64,000 bases of DNA, taken from Lama guanicoe. Its lineage: Eukaryota. Location: contig MU053347.1 of the NCBI GenBank assembly GCA_013239625.1, positions 154,132-218,131 on the forward strand, in the 5' to 3' direction. Below the pieces are notes generated by a model. That model was not told the origin of the DNA, ran no database searches, and saw only the letters and a list, made by a program, of their open reading frames with translations. This document shows, in pieces, positions 1-13,092 of the stretch (its first letter is position 1; every line of letters starts with the position of its first letter). Both the position numbers and the translations under genes were made by a program.

Positions 1-690
1 GGAAACCATAGCCTATCCTAGGACCACAAAGATTTATACTATGTCTTCTTTTAGAAAGTTTATACATTTAGTTTTTACGTTTTTGTCTTTCATCCATTTT
101 GAGTTAATATTTGTTATATAAAATACAGGGGTCCAGATTCAAGATTCATTTTTTGCCTGCAGATACCCAGGTGTCTCTGCACCATTTGTTGAATAGACTA
201 TCCTTTCAATGGAGTGTTGTTGACATATTTGTGGAAAACTGACTGTAAATGTAAGTTTCCCCCCTGGATTTTTTTGTTTTGTCTCATAGATTTATGCATC
301 CAAACTTATGCCAGTACCATAATGACTTGAGTACTATAGATTTGTAGTAACCTTTGAGTGAGTCCTCCAAATTTCCTCTTCTTTTTCAAGATTGTTTTGG
401 CTGACCTGGTTCCCTTGCACTTCCATATGAATTTTGGGATCAGTTTTTCAATTTTTCCAAAGAAGTCAGCTGGAAATTTGATAGGGATTCCATTAAATTT
501 GTAGATCACTTTGGGGAGTCTTAACATTTTTAACAGTATTGTCTAACATTCATGAACATGGGATGCCTTCCATATATGTAGATCTTTTAAATTTTTTTTG
601 GTGATACTTCAAAATATTCAATGTACAAATCTTGTAAAATTTTGTTAAATCTATCTCTCATTTTATTTTTAATGCTGTAAATGGAAAGGC
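1..690 (-). mobile_element. LINE-1 fragment (ORF2 3' region), degenerate
   Basis: ORF 306-527 (-) reads [40 protein letters not shown], typical of the L1 ORF2 C-terminal part; flanks have antisense L1 wording. Confidence 0.9.
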
Positions 691-3600
691 TGAGCTTCCT
701 GAGGGTGGGACTATATAACAATTTGTTTATTTCTAGGATTCCTACACAGCAAATACCCTAGGTTTATATTTGCTACATAAATATATCCACAATTCTTCCC
801 ACCCCCGTGTTATAAGAAACCAATACCCAGGTTAAGCTACCTGAACACCTATGTGGAAGTGAGAAATGAGACCTTTGGGTGGGGCTTTGTGCAGATTTTA
901 CTGAGCGCTTATTCAGAATGGCTTCATCTTAAATTCTTTTCAACAATCCTTTCAGTCTATATAGTCAGATACATTAAGAACATGCCCTTTTGATGTGAGG
1001 AGGAGCTAAGATTATAATTTGCAAATAATTTCTAGAGAGAGTGTTGTACTTGAAACCTAATTTACATCAATCTTTGAAGATTTATGTTTCAGGAGCTTTG
1101 ACTAAAGAACACCTGTCTTTATTCAAAAACGACAACTAAATGCTCAAGCAACATGTAAGAGTTTGAGCAAACTGCCCGCCCCGTAGTGTTGGGTGGCTGC
1201 AGCTATAACTGGGGTCAGCGCTTACCTCTCCAAGTACAATTGTGCTGATCTGCTCAAAGGGTTCGTCCAACAGTTTGTCAGTAGTCTTGGACAAAGTCAT
1301 AAAACATTGATTGAAGGTTGCTGGAATGCAATATATTCTTATTAATATTAAGTAAGCACATATTGAGTGCTTACTGTATGATGGAATTGTTCCTCAGCCT
1401 CACATGAATATTATTTATCTTAAAACCTCACATATTTCCTTGTTATTCTCACTTTACAGATAAGGAGACTGAGAATTAGTCTTCTCTCTTTTGGGGGGAG
1501 CTCATTATCAATGATTGGAAGTTGTAAGGAAAAAGATATAGAGTCATCTTGAGAAAACATTTTTCTAAGAGTCAGCAATGAATAGGGTGGCCACTGAAGA
1601 AGGTGATCATTGTTCGAGTGAGACAAGCCCTGGGTTGTGTGGAGTCAGCATCCCTGTCCGGGACACGGCACGTGTAGAGCTGCTTGGTGGGTGAGGCGCC
1701 GCGGCCGCGCAGGGAACGAGGATGCTGGGCCATTGGGCTGTGCTCAGGCCCGGTGGGGCTTTCTCCTAAGGGCAGTGGACCGTCATTGACAGATTTTAAG
1801 TAGGGGAATGGGGTGCTCTCGTAGTTCACTTTTGTCTTGTAGAATGCTTGGAAACATTTAGAAGGCTTGGCAGGAGGTGATGAGTCAGAGTAGGGTGGCT
1901 GCGAGCTGTAGCAGTGTTCAATTTTCAAGTGGTTTTCAGTCCCAGGCTTGTGGCTCAGTAGCCGTGTCACTTTGGATGACGCACTCAAGGAAGTGAAACA
2001 ATTTATCTAATCAATTGAAGCAGTGATATACCCAATTCCCGGGACTGTTGTGGAGATCCAGTGAGATAAAGTGTGCAGTGTGCAGCGTGGTCTCCAGCAC
2101 AGAGTCAGTGCTGAGTAAGTGCCAGTTAGTATCTGGTAGGTCAGGTGAGGGTGGTGGGATTCGGTGACTGAGGATATCTGGGCCCTGAAGGAGGGGTCCA
2201 TTCACATCTGTGAGTGATGGGCCTGAGTTGGGAGAGGCAGGGAGACCTTACCCCCCGACCAGGTGCCCTGGGCAGGACAGCAATGGGACGAGCACCGTGA
2301 AGTCAGCTCTTTGCAGGTGAAGTTGGAGGTGCCCTTGAGACATCTAAGTGCGGTGTCACGAGCTGAAACAGGAGATCTGGGCCCAGGCTGTACATTTTCC
2401 TATAATCTCAACTCCTGAGGACGCCGAAGTATTGATCACTGAACGTGAAGTCATACTTTACAGGACAAATGAATAGTAGTATCATCTCTGTCGTCAAAGT
2501 TCACGTCTATTTATTCATCACTCACTTTGCTAATTGTTACAGAGCTCACTTCACCATCCTCCCGTGGGCTTAGGCTCCACAGAAAAGAGCTGGTGAGTCT
2601 CCCTCTTTTCCAGGAGAAGACACATTTAGCTTGTAGCCTTCTGTACCTCGCCAGACTTAGGATATTAGTTTGATAATTTAATTGTATTTTCTGTTGGCCA
2701 TGTCCTGACAGGAGAGAAATTTTACATCATGGTCATGTTTCAATTAGATGTTACTGAGAATTGCTGATCTGATACATAGTGTATGTATTATATTAACTTT
2801 GTAGAGTAGTTATCATTTTTCTGTCTTTGCCCTTTAATTTTGTTTGCCCCTTCAATGTTCTATCCTATTTGAGGCCTTATTTTTTTTAATTAAAAAAGTC
2901 TGTTAACAGTTAAGAAAACAAAAGCAAAGAAAAAATGCACATGAGAACTAAATTTAGAAAATCTCTAGTGTGTTTTCTGTCTCAGCAATGGAGGGTTCTA
3001 AAAACTCGTGAAAACCTTCATTACACAAATTCCTTAAAATGCTGATTAAGAAATAAAACCTTCCTTCCTCATCTTTCAAGCTGCACAACTAATTGTCAAG
3101 GAAGTGTGGGGAAATTCTCAGAAGCCAAGACAAATGAGAAAGCAGGGATTCTGGGAGATAGGCAAGCCTTAGAATCCCTGGGGTGCCAGTTGGCTCCTGA
3201 ACTGATTTTCAGTTGCCTTGACTGGAGGGCAGGAGGTGAGCCCCAGGCCTCTCACACTAGGAGTTGGATGGCTGATCATATTATCGGCCAAGCCCATCCT
3301 GAGAATCTTGGTTTACTAAAGGGTGAAATAGGAAAAAAAAAATTCCTCAAGGCAAGAAAGTAAGGAAAGTCAATTTTGTTGGAAGAGGGGAAAAATAACA
3401 AATCCAAATTAAGGATATAGTTTAAAGCTGTTCTGGCATGAGAGTGACCACAAACTCCTGGCAGAAAAGCACAGCTACTCCTTGATTGATAAGTTGTGTT
3501 TTGAATGAATCAGTGAACAGCTATTCCGAAAAAGGCCTCCAGAGTCTTGTGGATCAAGATACTGGACAGCAAACACCTCTCTTCCAAGGTCTCATTCAAA

Positions 3601-4728
3601 TAACCAGAATGGTTTTAAAGGAAAGTAGCAATAATCTGAGTTCTATTTATTGACATTACTATATGCTAAGAATTCAGAGGTGACTATGTAGTTGTCTCCT
3701 CTTTTATGGACCTTACTTTCTCTTTGGGGAGACAAAATGACATAGTTGGGTATCTTGGTGGAGGGAGGTGTTAGTCTGTTGCAATTAGCCAGGAGAGGAG
3801 ATTAAGAAAACAGTGAAGGGTGGGTGAACTTTTTAGCTGAGGACAGTCTTGTTCACTTGGCTTTTAATTGCAGGCTCAATGAGTTGTCACTGGAGGGAAT
3901 AGATCTTACGGAGGATGGACTTGGCTCAGGCCTCTTTGGAATGGACAAATGAACCTGGAGAAAGACAGTCAAATCTGTGCAGACATTAAAGTTCACTTGA
4001 ACGTGCTCCATCCCTGAGCCAAAGATAGGACAAATATGCAGCACTTCTTGAGGACAGAGGAGTGGTTTTTAAGGTTCTCCAAGAATGAATCCCAGGGAAC
4101 CGAGATGGCCAGTTGTCAAACTGAGACTTTGCTCTTTGGACAGTGTACCCAGCAAGGTTATTGGTCTTTTATATGTTTCCATTTCTCTTTAATACATGTC
4201 TGTTGATGAGGACGTGGGCACAAGTGTTTGACACCTTGTCGAGGCGACTTTGGATACCTGCCTAGAAGCACGGGCACAGTTGCGGCTGCGTCATACATCT
4301 TGCAGCCCATCCCTTTCCCCGGCTCCGTGATAACGGCAGACTGATTCCTTGTTGACCTGTCCATCTCCTCTGTGACATCATAACCCATGAAAAGACCGGA
4401 GCATATTAACTTGGCTTTGTTAAAGTCAAAGGAACAAATCAAATATGGAGTCAGATTTGTTCTTTCCTATTTCAGTAGTGCCATGGAGAAGGCAGTTTGG
4501 TCAGCTTTTTGTAGTGTCCTGGAGGCTTTCTCTCTCAGCTTCTGGGCGCCTCTATTGAAAACCCTTCATAGCTGTCTGGTCTGCTGGAAAAGCACTCTGC
4601 CTGTTTTGCCCTGAAGATGTGTTCTGTTTCTAACTCATCTCTACACCTTGGAAAACAACTCAATAAAAACTCAGTTGGTTTTCCACAAGCCATGGGCAGG
4701 GGTGAGGTATACCATATTATTATTTCAT

Positions 4729-4783
4729 GTAATAATAGTAATAATAGTAATAGTAACAACAACAACAACAATAATAATAATAA
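4729..4783. repeat. Compound (AAT/AGT/AAC)n microsatellite
   Basis: gtaataatagtaataatagtaatagtaacaacaacaacaacaataataataataa; explains the poly-N/poly-L ORFs. Confidence 0.95.
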
Positions 4784-5274
4784 AAGAAGTCTTAAAACAG
4801 GAATGAGCACATTGGAGAGAGTCAATAAATGCTTTCTGGCTTAAATCAAAAGGGATGACTCAGTGATTCCATGGCTACTGTATTTGCTAAGCTAGTTACT
4901 CCTTTGCTCCATTACACATTTATTTTAACTGAAAAAGAAATACAAGCAAATGGTTAAAAAAAAAAAAACTCAAACAGAGCATAAAAATACACAAGTGAAA
5001 GAAGTTTTCCCTCATCCTCTGTTCTTTCAGCCCTCTCTGGAGATGCCACTGTTTACTATCCTTTGGGTGCTTTTCCAGATATGCTTTGCACATCCCCACC
5101 TATGTATGTAAATTCCTTTAAAGTTTTAGTTATTTTTAACTTAAATGGATTTAAATTCTCAAGTGGCTTCTGCCCCGGTAATAGAACAGAACAAATCTGA
5201 CTCCATATTAGATCTGTTCTTTTGACTTTAAACCTATGCTCTTTCTCCTCGGCTTCATCTTGCTTGTAAAACAA

Positions 5275-5660
5275 TGTTGCCTAGAGCCTGAAATATACAG
5301 GAGAGCCTATTCTGAAGGCTCTGACCTTTAAGGATATTTAACACTTTTTCATTCATAAAAAGATAACAAATTGCAGAATAGAAAATAACGTTTGTTTTGT
5401 TGGAGGTTTACGTGGATCTGACCCAGGCAGATAGCTGCAAGAACAAAGGATTCTAACAAGAAGGAATTCCTACACTAAGAAGTTTGCAACAACCAAGTAC
5501 GTAGGAAAGGAGCCTGAATTGTGACTTGGGGAGATGGTTTTCCAGGACATTTGTTTGCCATCTAGGTCTACATAAACTAGCTATTCCATGCCCCAACACC
5601 TGGTCTCCCAACTTATTGGCATGTCCTGCACTGAGGAGAATGAATTTGGAATTGGTAACA
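5275..5660 (+). mobile_element. Older ERV1-type solo LTR
   Basis: Starts TGTTGCC, ends GGTAACA; the 3' end matches the reverse complement of the element at 42186-42724; no TSD recognised. Confidence 0.65.
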
Positions 5661-5697
5661 CTCCTATCTACCTAGAAAGCTGGGTACTGGAGCTGAG

Positions 5698-6104
5698 TGT
5701 TATGGAAACAGGCCAGCCAAGAAACAAGCACCAATCGGAGAGTTGGAGTACTCAGAATTATTATGCCGGCGGGCTCAGAGGGGCTTCTGCTCCGAAGTTC
5801 TGAGCACCTCCAGGATGTGCACATGAGGTTTTAAAGGCTCAATTACAAGTAAGGGGGTATTAGCCAATAAGGCTCAAAGAACAAAAAGCAAGGAATCAGT
5901 ACACTGCAGCTTATTAATTTGTAAAAGATCACGTTACTGACACTTGTTGAGCTTGGATTTACAAGTTAGGTTGTTAGCCCAATAAACTGACACTAAACTT
6001 CAGATTTATGAGATAGCCCAGCAGAATTTAGATCAGTAAACAGACACTTATCACACTTACATTTGTGACTTAGCTTGTTAGCCTTGCTGGACTTTTCCTT
6101 CACA
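5698..6104 (-). mobile_element. Solo LTR, same family as the provirus at 47092
   Basis: Reverse strand starts TGTGAAGGAAAAG and ends TAACA; 4-bp TSD TGAG at 5694-5697 and 6105-6108; R-U5 matches the provirus LTRs. Confidence 0.93.
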
Positions 6105-6699
6105 TGAGGACAGCTCTACCACACCCAGGGAACAACTGTGAGCCCTTGATATTTCCACTAGGGTGGGGTGTGGTTTACCCAGGAGGGATGGAGACTATGC
6201 ACCAACACTCAGGCAGTCTGCTCTGTCTGGGGCTCTAATCTTGTACCACCCTGCTCCCCGCCAGCCCAACACCTGGGACAGTGGAGCTAAGGCAGAGATC
6301 CTGCCTGCTTGTTTCCCAGCGTGTAAAAGGGGAATATGTACTCTTCCCAAGGTACTTCTGAGCGACAACACCTGCGGGTGCTTGGTTCTCAGAGCAACAG
6401 CAAACCCAGCTCCGCGTGGGGGCAACGGGTGTGATCCCCGTAGGGTTTCTGCAGAAGCATCGGATGGAGGGCTGGATCAGGGAGGTAAAACTTGAGCTGC
6501 GGGCCTTGAAGGGTTACCGAAGGGTAAAGAGGCCGGTCTGCTGCCTCCTTCGGGGTGCCCCAGAGGTAAAGCTTTTTCTCTCCATCTCAGCTACGACCCT
6601 CCCCTCTCCAGATCCCTCCCTTCTCTCTGCTCCGCCTGTCCATCTGCCTCCCTCCACTTTTCCCCTCCTCTCCACCCGCTCCCATCTTCTCCCTCCCTC

Positions 6700-7500
6700 G
6701 CTGCCCCACCTTCTCTCGAAGAACCCAGAAAGGATCGCTGGCCCTCCTGCGCATGCGCAGTCGGTGCTAGCTGATCCGCTGGTTGGAAGCTCCATCTCCG
6801 AGCCGGGGATCGGCCCCAAAGGCTTCTTAGCTCTGTCGCCCGGTAGGCCTTTGGCTCCTGCCCCGGGCCGGGGCCTCTGGCTGTGGAAGTGCAAGTTGTG
6901 GGGCTCCCGGGAAAGGGGTCAGGCGGCTGCTGGAGGGCGGTCCGCCTGTCACAGCCCCCTAGGGCGCCAGTCAGCGTGTGTTCAGCTGAATTGCTCCGGC
7001 CAGACCCCTCTACCCTCGCCACCTGCCCCGGCGCCCCGGCCACAGCTGTCCAGGGCCAGGTGTGCATCTGCCGCCTCTCGCCCCAGCCGGGCTCCCCTCA
7101 GTTCGCGGCTGGCGTCCCCTTCCCCGCTCCCGCCGCGAGTCCTCTCCTCCCGGGGTTCCTCTCCTTGGCCGCTGGCCCGTCCCTGCCCCTGGGCGGGCTG
7201 TGTCCCGGGCGGGCGGGGTCTGCGGATCCGGACGGGGGAGGGCGGCTGGGGCTGGGGCTGGCCTCCGAGCGGGGCTGCAGCCCGCGTTTCCACACCTCCC
7301 CGCTTTCCCTGCCCCTTGACCCCGGGGCTGCCCTCCTCTCCGTTTCCCCTCCCTGAGGACCAGCTCAGTGGCGTGGGCATTGCTCCCTGGGCTGAGAGCC
7401 TCCGGCTGGAACGCCCAGCTTCTCCTGGTGGAGTCGGGAAAAGGGAGCGCCAGTGCTGAGCAAGCTTCTGTCTCCTCCCTCAGTGTTTCTGCCCCAGGTA
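6700..7500 (+). promoter_or_regulatory. CpG island / promoter and probable non-coding first exon(s) of the TRAPPC9-like locus
   Basis: Very GC- and CpG-rich; perfect NRF1 palindrome TGCGCATGCGCA at 6748-6759; GC boxes; consensus donor CAG|GTAAGT at 7497/7498 and weaker CCG|GTAGGC at 6842/6843; lies 4.5 kb upstream of the ATG-bearing exon. Confidence 0.8.
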
Positions 7501-8109
7501 AGTACCTTGAACACTTTTCAGGTATGATGGCGGTGCTTGTTGATGTCACGTGTTTTTATAGTGAGAGGGATTACAGTGGTGAAAGCAGGGCTTGGTTCAG
7601 TTAAAGATGAGCTGAAGGGGTGAGGCTGTTACATCCTCCTTCCTTCCCTCTCCCAGGGTGAAACGTGTGACTGTCGATTTTAATGATAGTTACAGTCCCT
7701 AACTAGCCCAGCCCAGCTAGTGTGTGTTAACAGGAATGGCACCACCAGAGGCATTGGAGACCCAGAGACATTGCAGTCCTAAAGAGCTCCTGGCACAGTA
7801 TGGTTTGTTGTGTTTTTTTTTTCTTAAATTGTGGGGCAGACTAGTTGTATAGAGGGAAAAAAATTTGTCAAGAAATATTTTTTCATATAACAGCTTTATT
7901 GTGATATTTTTCACACACCATGTAGTCTATCCATTTAAATGTTACAATTCAGCAGCTTTTAGCATATTCACAGATGTGCAACCATTATTATTCCAGAACG
8001 TTTTCATCACTTCAGAAAGACCAGTGGAAATGAATGACCTATCCACCCCTCCCCAGTGGTGGTTCTAAAGAATTTTCTTGGCTGTTCCTGATCATAAATT
8101 AACTTGTTA

Positions 8110-8518
8110 TGTGAAGGAAAAGCCCAGCTTGGCTAACAAACTAACTCGCAAATTTAAGTGTGATAAGTGTCTGTTTACTGATATAAGTTCTGCCGGGCTA
8201 ACTCGTAAATCTGAAGTTCAGTGTCAGTTTACTGGGCTAACAACCTAACTCGTAAATCCAAGCTCAACAAGTGTCAGTAACGTGATCTGTTCCGAATTGA
8301 TAAGCTTCAGTGTACTGATTCCTTGCTTTTTGTTTTATGAACCTTATTGGCTAATAGCCCATACTTGTAATTAACCCTATAAAACCTCATCTGTAGGTCT
8401 TGGAGGTGCTCAGAGCTTCGGAGCAGTAGCCCCTGTGAGCCCGCCGGCCTAATAAATCTGAGTACTCCAATCCCCCGAGTGGTGCTTTTTTCTTGGCTGC
8501 CCTGTCATTTCTGTAACA
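8110..8518 (+). mobile_element. Solo LTR, same family as the provirus
   Basis: TGTGAAGGAAAAG...TGTAACA; 4-bp TSD GTTA at 8106-8109 and 8519-8522; TATAAAA box; AATAAA at 8451-8456. Confidence 0.95.
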
Positions 8519-8934
8519 GTTACATTCCATGAAAAATATGGTAGGAATTCTCATCAGAATTGCATTGAATCTGTCTATCAAAGCAGGAAGAATTAATGTC
8601 TTTGTGGCATAAACTTCTTCTACCCATGAATATATTTGGCACCCTATCTTTTCATCTGTCCACAGCCTGGCCCATGGGAAGCCCTCACTAATTTTTGGAC
8701 TTGTGAATGATGGGATTCTATACATCGTTAGTTGCAACTGTAGCCTTTCACAGAAGAGAAAAGTAACCTCAGTGAAGCCAAGTGACTCTCTGATGGTCAG
8801 AAAGAGTGACAGTCAATGCTGGAGAGATCCAGTGGACTTCGTGCTTGCAACCAGAATTCTCCACCACATAAAGATAAGGGGATTACAGTGTTCTTTTATT
8901 TTTTCTTAATGGCGTTACTTTTATTTTTCCTTTT

Positions 8935-9200
8935 TTTAAAATTATTTTTTATTGAAGTGTAGTCAATTTACAATGTTAGTTTCAGGTGTTCAGCAGAGAT
9001 TCAGTTATAAACATATGCATATGTATATACATATGATTTAGATTGTTTTTAGTACAACTCATTACAAGAAATTGAATATAGTTCCCTGTGCTGTATAGTA
9101 GGTCCTTGTCATTTATTTTATATTTATTAATGTGTATCTGTTAATGCTCCCTTTCCTGCCCGCTAACCACAGTTTGCTTTCTTTGTCCATGAGTCCATTT
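8935..9200 (-). mobile_element. Short L1 3'-end fragment
   Basis: ttttattgaagtgtagtcaatttacaatgttagtttcaggtg...; similar copies near 11345, 58720-58980 and 63900. Confidence 0.75.
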
Positions 9201-11429
9201 CTAGGAGCACCGTTTTTTCTAGTAATATATGCTGCTTGGCTGCTTTCAGTTTCAGTAATTCCATCTTATCTGTGGGTGCTTTTCTTCTGGTGGCCTTTAT
9301 GTGGTTTGCACACGTGGTAATAGAGATCTGTATTTGGGAGAACTCCAGGCCTCGTGTAGTCCCTGGTACAGAGTGCCCACTGAATTGATGCTTGAACTGG
9401 GAAAAAAGCACTGTAAATATTGGAATTTCCTCTATGTTTGAGACTTCCAGGTTTCTATAACCTGTTTAGCCCACCTTAATATTGGCTGCACCCATACTGG
9501 GTAATTGGGTGGAAATTCATGGTATAATGGTGTAGAGACAGGGCCTTGTATGCTTCTTCTCTTTCCTTTTTCTAGCACTCATTCTCCTGGGCCTCCCAGA
9601 TCCTCCCCCAGAAGTGCCCAGGGCTGGCTTGGTGCTGCGCTGAGGCAATATTTGTCAATATGGCCCTTTCCTCATCTCATTTGAGCCTCAGTTTCCATCT
9701 CTGCACAATGAGGGCTTAGACTAGATAAGTGCTTTTCAGTTTCTTTTAAAGCCATGTTTCCTTTGAGAAACAGAAAATGCAAATCTCTCCTCCCATCCCA
9801 ACCCTGTAGATTTTGACAAGTCCTCCAAGGAGTGACATAACTCTTTGTGGAAAATTGATGTGATTGTGATTCCAGGTGGCACAGAAAAGACTCTTCAGAG
9901 ATTTATTGCAGGGAGAGGGCAGGAAAGGGGCAGTATGCCACACTTTCTAGTGTGAGCACTGGAGTAGGGGCTTGGATTTATATACGGTGTCTGACGTGAC
10001 CTCTCTCTAATCTTGCACAATGTGATAAACCTCTCTCCCTCAGTTTCTTAATGTGTCAAGTTGGGGTGATAATATTTTATGGCTTTTGTGAAACATTATA
10101 CACATAAGCCATTTGTGTCTCGGTCAACAAGACCTGCTAGGGAGTCAGGGATTTCTTTAAAAAAAAAAAAATCTTGTTCACAGCACTCTGTCTGTGTGTA
10201 TTTTGAAGTTCCTGGTGGATGAGGGTTGAGTCTAAAGTCCATCATGGGACAGGTGGCCCAAGGTTCTCTGTGCCCCAGATTTCCCTCTCCCCCCCAGTCC
10301 TCTTCCTTTCAGTCCAGGAGGAAGTTCCCTAGTAGATTTACACAGAGGTCTTTTGGAAATGGCTTTTCATTTTATTGTTTCACCAAGAAGGGCTGCCATC
10401 ATGATCTCTGTTGTCAGGTTTTGGTGATTTGAATGCTATGCAATTAGGGGTTTCTATTTAATAAAAAGAAAAATATTACAAATACAACCTTAGACCTAGG
10501 GTGGTGACAGGGGCTCTTGGAAGTGGGGACCATTAGCTTTGTTAGCTTCAGGTGCAGTGGCCTCTGGCCACAAGGACCCATCCTCGTGCTCTGAAGTTGG
10601 AGGGACCAGTAGGTTCAGTGGGAATGTTTACTGAGTGTATCTCATGGGCTGGGCATTGTCCTATTTGTACTGTGTGTGCCTTATTTGAGAGAGTGAGCCC
10701 ATTTAACCTCAAAAGCCTCTTTAAAAAATTAGAATTTTTATTTTGAGATGTAATGTAGTTTCACATGTAGTTGTAAGAGATAATATGGAGAGGGCCTATG
10801 GACACTTTGTCCAATTTTCCTTAATGGTTCCATCTTGCAAAGTTGGGGTACAATTCATCACTGACTCACTAACCCTTTGAGGTTTGTGTTATTATCCTCA
10901 TTTCTATTCATGATTAAGCTGGGGCTTAGAGAAGCTCACAGGCCTGCCCAGGTCACCCACATGGTTAGTGCAGAGTCGGATGGAACGTGGGCTTGGGATT
11001 TCCAGGCAGTGCCATTATGATGCTCTATGGCAGGGAGCAGCATTCACTTTGCTTGTTTATTCATTCATTCAACAAACATTTATTGAGTAAACTCTGTGGG
11101 TCAGATGCTTTTAGAGGGTTATCTGATTCTTCAGCAGTACTGAGAATAAGGTAATATTTATTTTTTTCTAATCTGAGAAAATTAGCTCTGAGAGGTTATA
11201 ACCCCCCCAAAGGAAATATAGCTCATAAATGAGCGATACTAAATTTGCACAGTCCCCCCTTTTTATGCAGGTGGTACCCTAAGCATTTTACATATACAGA
11301 CTTCTGTAATCCAGATACATTCTTGCAAGGCAAGGATTTTTTTTTTTAATTGAAGTATAGTCAAGTTTACAATGTTGTGTCAATTGCAAGGTGTTTTTTG
11401 AATTTTGAATTAAAGAATATTTTTTCAGG

Positions 11430-11540
11430 AGGGTAATTAGGTTTATTTATTTGTTTCAATTTTTAAAATGGGGTACTGGGGAATGAACCCAGGACCTCGT
11501 ACATGCTAAGCACGTGCTCTACCAATGAACTGTACCCTCT
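11430..11540 (-). mobile_element. tRNA-derived SINE, camelid Vic-1-like
   Basis: Reverse strand gagggtacagttcattggtagagcacgtgcttagcatgtacgaggtcctgggttcattccccagtacc has A and B boxes and an A-rich tail. Confidence 0.8.
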
Positions 11541-11977
11541 TCTCCAAGGCAAGTTTTCTTATCCATTATTCTGCAGCTTAGGAGTTCAAATAAATTGGAG
11601 TTGAGATCCAGATCTTTTGATCCCACTGTGGTTCTTTTCTTTATACTCTGCTGAAGGGGGTTGGGGAAAGCAGTTCCTTTGTTCATTTCTTTATTCAGCA
11701 GTTTTGAGCACTGACTTTGCATCAGGGTCTGGCTAGGTGCTTGGAAACAGAAAACAAGAAATGACCCTTCACTGAAGGGACAGGAAGCGTAGACCAAAAC
11801 CTGAGTAATGTGATCCGACCTACGGTAGCCATGTGCAGACTCTCAGGACAAACTGTACCCCGGATTTGCTTTGGCTTCCCTTGCCTTCTGGCTGGTACAC
11901 ACCAGGTCACCACAGCCCAGATAGGCCCACAGCACACAGCAGAGTATTTACCTTGATCTCCTCTCTCCTCTCGGCAG

Positions 11978-12527
11978 GGCCTGCAACATGAGCATCCCTG
12001 ACTACGTGCAATGTGCTGAGGACCACCAGACTCTCCCCGTTGTGGTCCAACCTGTGGGGATCATCTCAGAGGAGAATCTCCTTGGTGAGCCAGATCAGCC
12101 CATGCGGCTCCCATTGGGCACTCTGTATCCACTACAGGCACCACTATGCGCCCGAGAATGGGTGGAGCGGCTTCCAGACCCACCGCAAGTTCGTGGGCCT
12201 TGTCACCATTACCGACTGCCTCTCTGCCAAGGCCTTCGAGAAGCTCTACGTGCAGATGAGCTGTATGGCACCGCGTTTAATGACTCTCAGCTCTTTGTCT
12301 TTGTGCTGCATGAGGAAGTAGCTGAGCAGCCGCGCACCGACGTGGCCTTCAATCTCCCAGGACTTCAGGGTGGTGGAGAAGAGGATCGAGGAATTCACTG
12401 AGTCACTCTTCATCTTGCTCAAGTCCAAGTGGCTGGATGGGGCCCCCGAAAATTCTGGGGACAAGATCCCCCTCCTCTGCATCCTGTTTGAGAAGGAGGA
12501 CTTCATGGGACTGGACACAGACAGCAG
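11978..12527 (+). pseudogene. TRAPPC9: TRAPPC9-like pseudogene, first coding exon (exon 2 equivalent)
   Basis: Polypyrimidine-CAG acceptor, 10-nt UTR, ATG 11988: [30 protein letters not shown]; then in other frames [54 protein letters not shown] and [24 protein letters not shown]; donor AG|GTAAGT; several frameshifting deletions. Confidence 0.95.
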
Positions 12528-12761
12528 GTAAGTCTACCTGGAGGCCCGTCTGCCCTGACTCTGTTCCGGGTTGCTTCCCTACATCCAGAAAGGGATCAGC
12601 AAGGAAGAGGGCTGTCTTGTAGCCAAGGGGGGAGGGAGGTGCAGCCCGCCGGTTTACAGACATTTTAAAGTGAATCCGCCTTTGTTTCAGAGAGATCCTT
12701 TTAGGGTTAGTGTGGACACTTACTACCGCTTTTTAGCCAGGACCATGGTGGGACCCCTGGA

Positions 12762-13092
12762 TTTGCTGTCCAATACATTAGCCACAGCCACTGATGCTAG
12801 GAGTACTGGGGAGGAGGCTGCTCTGAGCTGAGATGTGCTGTAGGTCAAATGCACATCAGACGCTGAAACTTGTCTAGTAAAAAGAATGTAAACTATCCTG
12901 TTACTTTCTATATTGATTACATGTCATAATGGTAGTATTTTACATACAGTAGATTAAGTAAGATCTGTTCTTAAAGTCAGTTTCTAGTATTTGTTTTTTG
13001 TTTGTTGGTTTGTTTCTTTGTTTACAGTTTTAAATGTGGCAACTGGGAAACTTTCTTTACATGGTACTCATTTCATTTCTGTTGGGAAGCCT
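12762..13092 (-). mobile_element. MER33-like hAT-Charlie DNA transposon remnant
   Basis: gctgtccaata...tagccac...gagatgtgctgta...aaagaatgtaaa...tatattgattacatg...aaatgtggcaact resembles the MER33 consensus as remembered. Confidence 0.7.

Noticed and set aside
4535..4844. Poly-Leu and poly-Asn ORFs
   Set aside because: Translation of the trinucleotide microsatellite
6416..7459. 347-aa ORF and overlapping ORFs across the CpG island
   Set aside because: Pro/Arg/Gly/Ala-rich, non-ATG start, open in several frames on both strands as expected for stop-poor GC-rich DNA; no recognisable domain
11470..11540. tRNA-Ala-like gene
   Set aside because: Multiple diverged copies with A-rich tails and imperfect stems indicate a SINE, not a tRNA
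11988..12401. 137-aa ORF as a functional short TRAPPC9 protein
   Set aside because: Homology switches frame after about 30 aa; the ORF is a mosaic created by frameshifts
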